A stretch of DNA of 64,000 nt. Origin: Candidatus Velthaea sp. GTDB taxonomy: Bacteria > Vulcanimicrobiota > Vulcanimicrobiia > Vulcanimicrobiales > Vulcanimicrobiaceae. Positions 1 through 8,548 of this stretch are shown here, in pieces; the first letter of the stretch is position 1, and every line of letters begins with the position of its first letter. Both the position numbers and the translations under genes were made by a program. A model generated the notes under the pieces. The model worked only from the letters and a program-made list of their open reading frames with translations. It was not told where the DNA came from and ran no database searches. The stretch lies in the NCBI GenBank assembly GCA_965214935.1, contig CBDCCS010000018.1, forward strand, positions 384,001 to 448,000. The letters run 5' to 3'.

Positions 1-1
1 T

Positions 2-565
2 CTCAAAAAAAGCGTTCCGGTGCTGGTCAAAGACATCGGCAGCGATATTTTGCCGGTGCCTACGTTGCACAAGGCGTTCACGATTCTGTTGCGCGAACGG
101 GTATGGCCGCGCGATCCGATTGCGACGATGGAAGCGATGCTCGAAGTTGCAGCGACTTCGCGCGACCCGCGCGACCTTGCCGATGCCGCCCGCAAAGTGC
201 TGGTCGCGCCGCTGATCCGGCGCCGCAATCTGCGCGAACTTATCGTGCTTATGTTCGATCCCGAACTCGAGCGGCGGATGATCGCCCAGTGGAGTGCCGG
301 CGAGGTCGCCGATCCGCAACTCGCGCTGCACGTGCGCGAACGGATCGAAAATCACATGCGTTCGGTGCCGCCCGGTCGCGCAGTCGTGCTGTGTACGACG
401 AGTTTTCGGCGGCTGCTCGCCGAGATGCTCGTTCGCTTCAATATCTCCGTCGACGTCTTTGCGTTTTCCGAGATTCCGGGTGAAATTAGCGTCAAGCCGC
501 TCGAGGTCGTGAAGCTGCCGGGCGCGGCGCTAGAGACCGAAAAAAATCTTGTGGCGACCCCTTGA
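2..565 (+). CDS. flhA: FlhA/SctV-family type III export gate, C-terminal cytoplasmic domain (5'-partial)
   Basis: Frame is open from the window edge. LLRERV..RD..TMEAML, LC..SFRRLL and VFAFSEIP match the FHIPEP family C-terminus. Flagellar versus non-flagellar type cannot be decided from this fragment. Confidence 0.8.
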   Translation, partial: LKKSVPVLVKDIGSDILPVPTLHKAFTILLRERVWPRDPIATMEAMLEVAATSRDPRDLADAARKVLVAPLIRRRNLRELIVLMFDPELERRMIAQWSAGEVADPQLALHVRERIENHMRSVPPGRAVVLCTTSFRRLLAEMLVRFNISVDVFAFSEIPGEISVKPLEVVKLPGAALETEKNLVATP

Positions 566-588
566 AAAAGTAGCCGAACCCCGTGATA
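559..588 (+). promoter_or_regulatory. Shared upstream motif copy 1 (CCCTwGAAAAA-N8-ACCmCGTGATA), putative alternative-sigma promoter
   Basis: 22/30 identical to 2641..2670 with the same spacing; lies upstream of the 638 ORF. Confidence 0.55.
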
Positions 589-637
589 GGGAGGCTGAGC
601 GGTCACCGAACACATCACAAAGGAGACGTTACGACAA

Positions 638-1525
638 ATGCCAGTTAATGCCAACGGCGGCGCAGCGCCGAACGCCGGATTCGAAGCCTCTCTCAACAAC
701 GAACAGCAAGTGAACCAATTTGACAACTCGGCGGCAAGCTGGGGCAGCGACATGATGTCGACCATCATGAACGACGTCTTCGGCAGCAGCGGTAATCAGG
801 GTGCTGCGAGTTCTCCCGATGCAATGCACACCGGACCCGTCTCGCAGCAGCAAAACGAGCTGTTGAAGATGGCGATGCAGATCGGCGAGTTATTTGCCGA
901 ACTCGAACAGCTCGCCGGCCAAGACGGTCTAGGCGGCGGAAGCCAAGGCGCGCCGGGCAGCAGCAGCAGCGGCGGCGGCGCGCAGCCGCAGACGCCCGAG
1001 CAGATTTACGCCGATGCATCGGGCAATTCGGTCGGCGATCCGCACCAGAACTTCAATGGCAATGCGGGCGGCAATCTGCAGACCGGACACACCGACAACA
1101 TGGGCTCGCAGTCGGATCTCATCGATTCGAATAACTCGTTCGCCGGCGGCTATCAAGTGGCGACGACGGCAACGACGCCGGATAAAAACGGCATTGCCTA
1201 TAACGGCTCGGCGACGATCTCGACCAACGACGGCTACGCGCAAGTATCGATGGGCTCCGACGGCAAAGTTTCCGTCTGGGATCAAGGCCAATATCTCAAC
1301 CTCGACAAAGGCCAATCGTTGACGCTCTCGTCCGGCGCGACGGTCAGCGAAGATAAGAACGGCGCAGTTACCGTCGATGATAAGAATGGTGCCGGCGAAA
1401 TGTCGACGACGCTGTCGTACAACGGCCACGGCGTCGACGTCAACTTCACCGCTCACGATGTTGCACTCGGCGGCTACGATACCACGCTCGGCCAGCCCAA
1501 GGCGCAACCGCAAATGGTCGGCTAA
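638..1525 (+). CDS. Gly/Asn/Ser-rich harpin-like protein with GDPH motif (possible MIIA/DUF1521-like domain)
   Basis: AAGGAG SD; 295 aa with no Cys, no Arg and no Sec signal; GDPH at 1034..1045. Function is inferred. Confidence 0.6.
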   Translation: MPVNANGGAAPNAGFEASLNNEQQVNQFDNSAASWGSDMMSTIMNDVFGSSGNQGAASSPDAMHTGPVSQQQNELLKMAMQIGELFAELEQLAGQDGLGGGSQGAPGSSSSGGGAQPQTPEQIYADASGNSVGDPHQNFNGNAGGNLQTGHTDNMGSQSDLIDSNNSFAGGYQVATTATTPDKNGIAYNGSATISTNDGYAQVSMGSDGKVSVWDQGQYLNLDKGQSLTLSSGATVSEDKNGAVTVDDKNGAGEMSTTLSYNGHGVDVNFTAHDVALGGYDTTLGQPKAQPQMVG

Positions 1526-1775
1526 GAGCCATCAATCGAGTAACCCAACGTCGCCTAACGTGATCTGCTTGCGAGTGCCGTCGACGACGGCGCTCGCATT
1601 TGGATATTCTCATGCAATCGTTGTTGCAGTGCGAGCGCAATTTGCCGATCGCGGCGCACCGGAACTTTGGCTAATCGCGGTCTGTTGCGCAGCCGATCGG
1701 CACGTCAACCGGCCGGCATGCAGCACGTTCGTTCGCCTGTGAGGATTTGACATCGAAGTTGCGTTTGCCGGACGG

Positions 1776-2102
1776 ATGCTTGCCGGACTGGCCGTTATCG
1801 TGGTCGTTCTTTTCGCGTTGCAAGTCGTTGCGCGCAGCGGCTGGCGCACGCGACTGCGCGGGCCCGACCGGCGTCTGATGACGGTCATCGAAACCCTGAC
1901 GCTGCCCGGTGCGACCGCGATGCATGTCGTCAGAATCGCAGATCGTTTCTATGTCTTCGGGCGCACCGGGACGCAGATTGCAAATTTGTGTGAAGTTGCG
2001 CCGGACGGCATCGAGGCCTGGCTGACGGCGAACGCGCAACGCGATCCGGTCCGGCCGACGCCGCTCGCACGACTCGCCGCATTGCTTGGCCCGCGTGTTT
2101 GA
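1776..2102 (+). CDS. fliO: FliO-like export-apparatus assembly protein
   Basis: N-terminal TM helix followed by the MTVIETLTL...HVVRIADRFYVFG beta domain typical of FliO; near flhA. Confidence 0.65.
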   Translation: MLAGLAVIVVVLFALQVVARSGWRTRLRGPDRRLMTVIETLTLPGATAMHVVRIADRFYVFGRTGTQIANLCEVAPDGIEAWLTANAQRDPVRPTPLARLAALLGPRV

Positions 2103-2646
2103 TCCCGGCTCGCAGGGCACCGCCGTTATTTCGCGCGCCGGTAAACGGATTCGTATCGGCGTGCCGGACGATGCAGCCGGCATTGCCGAACTCGAAACGG
2201 CGCCGCAGCAAACGCCGTTCGTGATGCCGTGGACGGCGGAATTTCACCGCCGCGCGCTTGCAAGCCCGGATTTCCGCTACTTCATCGCCGATGCTCCGCC
2301 TGATGTTGCCGGCGCCGTCAAACCGCGCGGTTTCGCGATCATCGGCGGATTGCAAACGGCACACCGGGCCGTCGAGATCGTGCGTATTATCGTCGATGGT
2401 AAGCGCTTTGGTTTAGGCGCCGACCTGCTCGATACCGTCGTCCGGTACGCCTTTGTTGAACGCCGCGCGCATCGTATCTGGAGCGACACGTTCGCCGATA
2501 ACATCGCGGTACGCCGCTTGGCGCAGCATTACGGTTTTACCGAAGAAGGCACGTTGCGCGATGCGCTCATCTTCGACGGGCGCTACCGGTCGGTCGTGTT
2601 CATGGGCTTACTCGAAGATGAAGCAAAAAATATTATCGGCCCCTAG
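2086..2646 (+). CDS. GNAT (RimJ/RimL-like) N-acetyltransferase
   Basis: GLG motif, N.AVRRL...GFTEEGTLRD. Confidence 0.8.
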   Translation: MARVFDPGSQGTAVISRAGKRIRIGVPDDAAGIAELETAPQQTPFVMPWTAEFHRRALASPDFRYFIADAPPDVAGAVKPRGFAIIGGLQTAHRAVEIVRIIVDGKRFGLGADLLDTVVRYAFVERRAHRIWSDTFADNIAVRRLAQHYGFTEEGTLRDALIFDGRYRSVVFMGLLEDEAKNIIGP

Positions 2647-2670
2647 AAAAACCGGCTTGACCACGTGATA
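2641..2670 (+). promoter_or_regulatory. Shared upstream motif copy 2, putative alternative-sigma promoter
   Basis: Matches 559..588; lies upstream of the 2696 ORF. Confidence 0.55.
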
Positions 2671-2695
2671 AGCAGAGCGGGAGGTGATATAAATC

Positions 2696-2938
2696 ATGGA
2701 TAGTCTTCTGGGTATGCTCGGTTCGGGAGGCGGCGAAAGTTTGCTTTCCGGTTTGCTCGGCGGCGGTTCGCAAGCAAATCCGTTGAGCGCGTTGCTCGGC
2801 GGCGGCGGATCGAATCTGTTGACCAGTTTGCTCGCTGGCGGCGGTCAAGGGCAAAGTCAGGGCGACAGCATTAGTTCGGGCGACAAAACACTGTCGACGA
2901 TCATGGATGTCGCGCAAATAGCGGCAATGTTCATCTGA
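2696..2938 (+). CDS. 80-aa Gly/Leu/Ser-repeat protein (harpin-like)
   Basis: Strong SD GGGAGGTGA; four LL/L-x-x-LL-GGG-type repeats; followed by a strong hairpin. Confidence 0.7.
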   Translation: MDSLLGMLGSGGGESLLSGLLGGGSQANPLSALLGGGGSNLLTSLLAGGGQGQSQGDSISSGDKTLSTIMDVAQIAAMFI

Positions 2939-2980
2939 ACGACCGGGTTACCAAGGTTACAAAGCAACAACGGTAATCAG

Positions 2981-3021
2981 CCAAACCGTTGTTCGCGGAC
3001 TCGCGAACAACGGTTTGGTTT
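2981..3021 (+). terminator. Perfect 17-bp hairpin, probable terminator
   Basis: CCAAACCGTTGTTCGCG-GACT-CGCGAACAACGGTTTGG followed by TTT. Confidence 0.7.
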
Positions 3022-3081
3022 GAGCGGCAGGAACGTATGCGCTTCACGGGCGACAACTCGCTATCGGGAATTGAGGTCCGC

Positions 3082-3888
3082 GTGACGCGATTTGAAATTT
3101 TCCGCCGGCTACATCATGCGCCGCCGGTATTGCGCTTACCGACGTGCTGGGATCCGCTAAGCGCGCGAATCTATGAAGTTGCCGGCTTTCCGGCAATCGG
3201 AACGTCGAGCGCGGCCGTAGCAAATGCGCTGGGTACGCAAGACGGCGATTGTATCGATCTCGGCGATCATCTCGCTGCAATCAAGCGAATCACCGCCGTC
3301 GTTACGGTGCCCGTAAGTGTCGACTTCGAGTCGGGTTATGCGACGAACGCCGATCAACTCGCGCGCAACGTCGGGCGTCTTGCGGCGACCGGTGCGGCCG
3401 GATACAATTTAGAAGATAGCCGATCGCAGGCTGAGCTGTATTCGCTCGACGAGCAATGCGCGCGTATCCGGGCGGCGAAAGCGGCGGCTCCGCTGCTGTT
3501 CCTCAACGCACGTACCAACATGATGCTGGAGGATGCCGGCGACCCGCAAGCGCGTCTCATGCAAATTAAAGAACGGCTTGCAGCGTACCTCGGCGCGGGC
3601 GCCGACGGCATCTTCGTTCCCGGCACGAGCGATGCGGAGTTCATTGCCGACCTTGCGGCCACGTTTCGCAAGCGGCCGCTCAACGTTCAAGCCGGACCCG
3701 CAACGCCGCCGATTACCGAACTCGAACGCCTCGGCGTGGCGCGCGTGAGTCTGGGATCGTGGCCGATGCGACGCGCAATGTCGGTCGTCCGCGAGATCGC
3801 TCGTGAATTTGCTCGCGACGGCCGGTTCGATACGATGCACGAAACGATTCCGTCGGATGAGATCAACGCGCTGTTCGCCGCGCGGTGA
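3082..3888 (+). CDS. Isocitrate lyase/PEP mutase family protein
   Basis: WDPLSAR, TSSAAVA, VSVDFESGY, NLED, NART, GADGIFVPG; GTG start after GAGGT. Confidence 0.85.
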   Translation: MTRFEIFRRLHHAPPVLRLPTCWDPLSARIYEVAGFPAIGTSSAAVANALGTQDGDCIDLGDHLAAIKRITAVVTVPVSVDFESGYATNADQLARNVGRLAATGAAGYNLEDSRSQAELYSLDEQCARIRAAKAAAPLLFLNARTNMMLEDAGDPQARLMQIKERLAAYLGAGADGIFVPGTSDAEFIADLAATFRKRPLNVQAGPATPPITELERLGVARVSLGSWPMRRAMSVVREIAREFARDGRFDTMHETIPSDEINALFAAR

Positions 3889-3971
3889 CGTCGGCATAAA
3901 AGTCGCGCGTTGATCTGCTAAGCCGCTCGGCTGAGCGGCCGGTGATTGCAACCACAGGTGAAAGATTGCCG

Positions 3972-4028
3972 ATGAAGATCAGCGCACGCACTCAACTGCG
4001 CGGCGGGATGATGGCGACCTTAAGCTGA
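3972..4028 (+). pseudogene. Remnant of Mop/TOBE molybdopterin-binding protein
   Basis: Encodes MKISARTQLRG..., matching the Mop N-terminus (MKISARNQLKG), but stops after 18 aa. Confidence 0.6.
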
Positions 4029-4117
4029 TCGCCATCGTTGCTATGCGATCGTTAGCATGCCCGTTCGCGGCGTAACGAAGTTGCCCGTCGTCGTCACGCC
4101 TGAAACTTCGACGTTCG

Positions 4118-4606
4118 TTATTTTGCGCTCGCGACGGTTAGGTTGCCGCAGGCGACATAGTCCTTGATGTCGGCTGTCGACTTGTGGACGTTGATCGCGT
4201 ACGGTCCGGCCATCAAAGTCGAAAGCTTGAGTCCCTTGAGCGTCGTCGTTGACGACCCGTCGGAAACCGTCGTCAATGGATACGCCGGCTTGGGATCGAG
4301 CTTGGCACATGTGCCTTTGTGAATGTGCGCCGGTTGTTCGCCGCTGCCGCCCATAAGTGCCAACTTGACCATCAGACCGCCGGAACTCGGCATGATCGTC
4401 GCCGTCCCGGTTTCGCCCGAGCCGTTCTGCGCGGCAATCTTAAACGTATGGCCCATACCAATGCCGCTCATCGAGTTCATCGCGCCCGATTTCATCGAAC
4501 CCATTGATTTCATCGAGCCCATGTTGTCCGTCGATTGAGCTGCGGCAAGACCGACAACCGACATCGATGCGACGGCGGCTACGGCCGCCGAGAAAAAACG
4601 TTTCAT
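4118..4606 (-). CDS. Secreted Met-rich protein with PAHIHxGxC (CHRD/Cu-SOD-like) domain
   Basis: AGGAG SD, Sec signal, MGSMKS repeats, PAHIHKGTC, INVH, VACG. Confidence 0.7.
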   Translation of the reverse strand: MKRFFSAAVAAVASMSVVGLAAAQSTDNMGSMKSMGSMKSGAMNSMSGIGMGHTFKIAAQNGSGETGTATIMPSSGGLMVKLALMGGSGEQPAHIHKGTCAKLDPKPAYPLTTVSDGSSTTTLKGLKLSTLMAGPYAINVHKSTADIKDYVACGNLTVASAK

Positions 4607-4688
4607 ACGATCGCTCCTCATAAGTGCTGATAGTGCTTGCCCGCGTGGGCTCGGTTGAAACCTCGACGGTTAGACGACGCCGCTCGTG

Positions 4689-6212
4689 CTAAACGCGGGC
4701 GCGCCGCTCGTCGATGACGGCAAGCGCGGCGCGGCGTCCGGGAAAACCGCTGACGCACCCGCCCGGATGCGTGCCCGATCCACACAGATAGAGTCCGTCG
4801 ATGCCCGAGCGCAGCGCAAAGCGCCCTTCGTAGATTTGGCCGGGCAGCAGCTCGCCGTGGAAAATATGGCCGCCCGCAAGCCCCAGCATCGATTCAAGAT
4901 CGGGGGCGGCGAGCATTTGCCGGTGTTCGATCGCCGCCGGAAGATTCGGCGCGTAGCGCGCTAACGTCGCGACGATAAGGTCGGCGATCGTTTCGCGGTC
5001 CTGCACGAGCCAAGCGCGATCATTGCGCGCGTATGGAAAATATTGCGCGAACACGGACAGGATGTGTTTGCCGGGCGGCGCCAAGCTCGAATCGGTTGGC
5101 GTTTGCATGAAACATTCAAGCATCGGTTCGCGCGAAATTCCGTGTGTTCGCGTGTCGTCGAACGCCGTTTGCAGATAGTTGAGCGAAGGTGCAACGTGAA
5201 TGGTCGCCCGGTGATGCGGCTGTTCGTTTGTTCCGCGCCGGGCGGAGAAATCGGGCAATTCGCCCAGTGCCAGATTGAGCTTGAATGAAACGCCGTTGGT
5301 GCTCCAGCCGACGGCTTTGTCATAGATCGACGGGGGCACGTCGGCGCGGTCGATCAGTTGCAGAAACAGCGTCTGCGGATCGGCGCTCGCCAGAACGGCG
5401 CCCGCTTCGACTTCCCGTCCGTCGTGTAATTCCAGCCGCGATGCCCGGCCGCCGTCAACCCGAATCCGCTTGACTTCGGCGTCGGCGCGCAGTTCGGCGC
5501 CGGCGGCGCGTGCGGCTCCGGCGAGCGCCGTTGCAACCGCACCCATCCCACCGCGCACGAAGCCCCAGGCGCCTTGGGCGCCCAGCGCGCGCCCGGCGTA
5601 ATGATGGGCCAGCACGTAGGCCGTTCCGGCATCGTACGGGCCGCGCGCGGTACCGATCACGCCGTCGGTGGCCAGCGTTGCCTGGACGACCGGTGCGTGC
5701 ACGAAGCGCTCGACGAAATTCGCCGCACTGCCGCATAATGTCGATTGCGTCGCGACGTCGAAACCGTTGAAGTTGGGCTCCGAATCGCCGAACGAATCAA
5801 ATAGGAGGCTGCCTAGCTGCGCTGCCTCACGTTCGAACGCTTCGAGCCCTGCGCCATCGCGCTTGTCGAAGGCGGCAACTTCGCGAGCGTTTTGCGCCGC
5901 GTCCCGTCCCAGCAGCAACGATCGGCCGTCCGCCAGCGGCGTAAACGACGCCGGATCTTTGCGATACGCGCTAAATCCGTGCGCACGCAAATCGAGATCG
6001 GCGATAATTTGCGGGTCGAGTAAGCTGCAAACGTACGAGGCGACCGAAACCGTGTAACCGGGCCAAATTTCTTGCGACACCGTCGCGCCGCCGAGCACGT
6101 CGCGCCGTTCGAGTAAGATCGTTCGCAAGCCGGCGCGAGCGCAATAAGCCGCCGCCGTTAAACCGTTGTGGCCGCCGCCGACGATCGCTACGTCCCAGCG
6201 CTCGGCCGGCAT
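4689..6212 (-). CDS. Phytoene desaturase-like FAD-dependent oxidoreductase (COG1233)
   Basis: IVGGGHNGLTAA, RGGMGAV, LYLCGSGTHPGGCVSG. Confidence 0.88.
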   Translation of the reverse strand: MPAERWDVAIVGGGHNGLTAAAYCARAGLRTILLERRDVLGGATVSQEIWPGYTVSVASYVCSLLDPQIIADLDLRAHGFSAYRKDPASFTPLADGRSLLLGRDAAQNAREVAAFDKRDGAGLEAFEREAAQLGSLLFDSFGDSEPNFNGFDVATQSTLCGSAANFVERFVHAPVVQATLATDGVIGTARGPYDAGTAYVLAHHYAGRALGAQGAWGFVRGGMGAVATALAGAARAAGAELRADAEVKRIRVDGGRASRLELHDGREVEAGAVLASADPQTLFLQLIDRADVPPSIYDKAVGWSTNGVSFKLNLALGELPDFSARRGTNEQPHHRATIHVAPSLNYLQTAFDDTRTHGISREPMLECFMQTPTDSSLAPPGKHILSVFAQYFPYARNDRAWLVQDRETIADLIVATLARYAPNLPAAIEHRQMLAAPDLESMLGLAGGHIFHGELLPGQIYEGRFALRSGIDGLYLCGSGTHPGGCVSGFPGRRAALAVIDERRARV

Positions 6213-6213
6213 T

Positions 6214-6900
6214 CTAAAGCCGGCGCCGGCGATTGGGCATGAACGGTTCGCCCACCGGATACTCGCCGCGGCGCGGCAGCGCGGTATCGACATCTTGACA
6301 ACCGACGGGGGTAAAATCGCGGCAGTCGTACGGTCGTGCTTCGTAAATGCCGCAGTAGTATTTACCCGAACGCGAACCTTTCAAGAAGATACATTTATCG
6401 GCGGCATCCTCGGTGACTTTCCGCAGCCAGCCGACGACGTAACCATCGGCGGATTCGCGCGGTACGACGTAATCGGTCATTACCTCATCGTACGTCAGGC
6501 CGAGATGTTCGGCAATGCGCGTTACGTCGGCCCGGTTAACGAACGGCTCGTAACCGCTGCAGCATTCGGCGCAGCCGGGCGGGCACGAGATATTCTCGGG
6601 CAGGTCGTACAGATGCTTGCGCGCGACTTGGATAACTTTCGCGATTGCAGCGACCATTTCCGGATCGTCGTTATATTTATAGACCCACTCGCGATGCGTG
6701 ATCTCGTTGGCATTATAACGCCGTTTAACGGTCTCGTTGTATTGAACGGTAATATGCTCGTCGGTAATTTCGATCTCTTTAACATGACTCATCAACTCGA
6801 GGTCGAGATTTTCGAGCCGCGTCGGTTGCCCGGTTTCGCGCGTAAAACGCTTGAGATTGCGCAGCTCGCGGTTGGCGATGAGATCGATTGTCTCTTGCAT
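6214..6900 (-). CDS. YkgJ-family cysteine-cluster protein with N-terminal extension
   Basis: CxxxCxxCC...CIFL...CGIYEARPYDCRDF. Confidence 0.8.
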   Translation of the reverse strand: MQETIDLIANRELRNLKRFTRETGQPTRLENLDLELMSHVKEIEITDEHITVQYNETVKRRYNANEITHREWVYKYNDDPEMVAAIAKVIQVARKHLYDLPENISCPPGCAECCSGYEPFVNRADVTRIAEHLGLTYDEVMTDYVVPRESADGYVVGWLRKVTEDAADKCIFLKGSRSGKYYCGIYEARPYDCRDFTPVGCQDVDTALPRRGEYPVGEPFMPNRRRRL

Positions 6901-6958
6901 CGCGCGTGTTTCGGTGCGAACGGCGGACGAACCCCGCCCAAGCGCGAATCGACGCAAA

Positions 6959-7561
6959 ATGATAGGAATCGCTCGCAGCGTCTCGGCAGTTATAACCGGT
7001 TGCGCGTTGACGTTTATCCTGAGCGCCGCCGCGCAAGCCGATAGTCTCGTCGATTTGCAAGCGAAGCTCGACGGTGCTTTCAAAGGCGCACGATCGTATG
7101 TCGTCACGACGTCATATCCGGCCCAAACATACGCGTCGACGATCGTCTACGTCGCACCCGACCGCACGCGCGTCGCGGTCGCCGTTTCGGCCAACACCAC
7201 CGAGATCGTCACGATCGGTAAGATGACGTATCGCAGCCGTAACGGCGAACCCTTCGAGCGCTCGGCGACGTCCGCCGATAGCGGCCCGCGGCCACCCGGC
7301 GTCGGGCGAATTAAAGTCACCGGCTTACATGCCGACGTTCGAACCGGCGGCGTCACGTACGGGGCCTTCGAGACGACCGTGCCGCTTGGTAAGCTCCTCA
7401 CCCTTACGTGCACGTACGACAAGAAGAATTACCGCGTCATGCAATGTGCCAATGCGGAGGTTACGCAAACGTATAACGATTACGACAACCCGCAAAATAC
7501 CGTCGACGCTCCGTCCAACGCCGTTGATGCTCCGACACCCGCGCCCACGGTGCTGCAATAA
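6959..7561 (+). CDS. Secreted hypothetical protein (possibly LolA-like fold)
   Basis: Signal peptide ending AAAQA, beta-rich body, Pro-rich tail; stop overlaps the ROK start. Confidence 0.6.
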   Translation: MIGIARSVSAVITGCALTFILSAAAQADSLVDLQAKLDGAFKGARSYVVTTSYPAQTYASTIVYVAPDRTRVAVAVSANTTEIVTIGKMTYRSRNGEPFERSATSADSGPRPPGVGRIKVTGLHADVRTGGVTYGAFETTVPLGKLLTLTCTYDKKNYRVMQCANAEVTQTYNDYDNPQNTVDAPSNAVDAPTPAPTVLQ

Positions 7562-8523
7562 TGCGCCGCGCAATCGGCGTCGATCTCGGCGGTTCGCATG
7601 CGATGGCGACGATCGTCGAAGAGAGCGGCGAACTTCTCATGCGGCACGAGCAAGACATCGTCGACCGGTCGCCCGACGCGGTGTTCGCCGCCCTCGAAGC
7701 CGTCATCGGAGCCGCTCTGGCCGATGCCAAGGACAAGCCGGTAAGCGGCATCGGTATCGGTTCGCCGGGCAACATCGATCCAAAAAGCGGCACGATTCGG
7801 TGGTCGCCGAACTTTAACTGGACGAACGTTCCGCTCGGTGATGCGATGCGTACGCGTTTCAACATGCCGGTGTTCATTGCCAACGACGCGCGTTGCGCAA
7901 CTCTGGGCGAGTATGTATTCGGCGCCGGGCGCGGCACGAAAAACTTTGCGCTGCTAACCTTAGGTACCGGGATCGGCGGCGGGATCGTCGCTGAAGGTGA
8001 ATTGCTGCTCGGCAACCAGATGGGGGCCGGTGAGTTCGGCCATCATACGATCCGGCCCGATACCGGCTTCATCTGTGGTTGCGGCCGCATCGGTTGTTTT
8101 GAGGCGCAATGTTCGGGCACGGGTCTCATTCGTCACGCGCTTGCAATCGCGACGTCGTTCCCGCGCAGTACGCTGCTCGATGTCCCCAAAGACCGGATCG
8201 GCTCGAAAGCGATACGCAAAGCTGCTCAAGCCGGCGACGGCCATGCCGTGGCTGCGTGGAACAATTGGATTGACGATTTGGCGTTGGGCCTGACGAACGT
8301 CATCTCGTTCGTGAATCCGGAGATCATTGCCATGGGCGGCGGCGTTTCGAGCGCCGGCGAGTTCATGCTCGAACCGGTGCGAACGCTCGTCGACCGGCGC
8401 ACGACGACGATCCCGCGCGGAACGACCAAGATCATCCGGGCGCTGCTCGGAAACGATGCCGGAGCCGTCGGCTCGGCGACCATGGCGATGCGCGGCGGTA
8501 TGGTCGCGACGTTAGCGGCCTAA
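7561..8523 (+). CDS. ROK family sugar kinase (glucokinase-like)
   Basis: GVDLGGS, NDA, LGTGIGGG, GEFGH, CGCGRIGCFE. Confidence 0.92.
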   Translation: MRRAIGVDLGGSHAMATIVEESGELLMRHEQDIVDRSPDAVFAALEAVIGAALADAKDKPVSGIGIGSPGNIDPKSGTIRWSPNFNWTNVPLGDAMRTRFNMPVFIANDARCATLGEYVFGAGRGTKNFALLTLGTGIGGGIVAEGELLLGNQMGAGEFGHHTIRPDTGFICGCGRIGCFEAQCSGTGLIRHALAIATSFPRSTLLDVPKDRIGSKAIRKAAQAGDGHAVAAWNNWIDDLALGLTNVISFVNPEIIAMGGGVSSAGEFMLEPVRTLVDRRTTTIPRGTTKIIRALLGNDAGAVGSATMAMRGGMVATLAA

Positions 8524-8548
8524 GTCCGTCGCCGCCGGCGGGCGGAAC

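Noticed and set aside
1526..1775. Possible small gene or ncRNA between the GDPH ORF and fliO
   Set aside because: No convincing start, SD or stable structure on either strand.
4689..6212. True carotenoid desaturase crtI
   Set aside because: No crt genes nearby; motifs fit the general COG1233 group.
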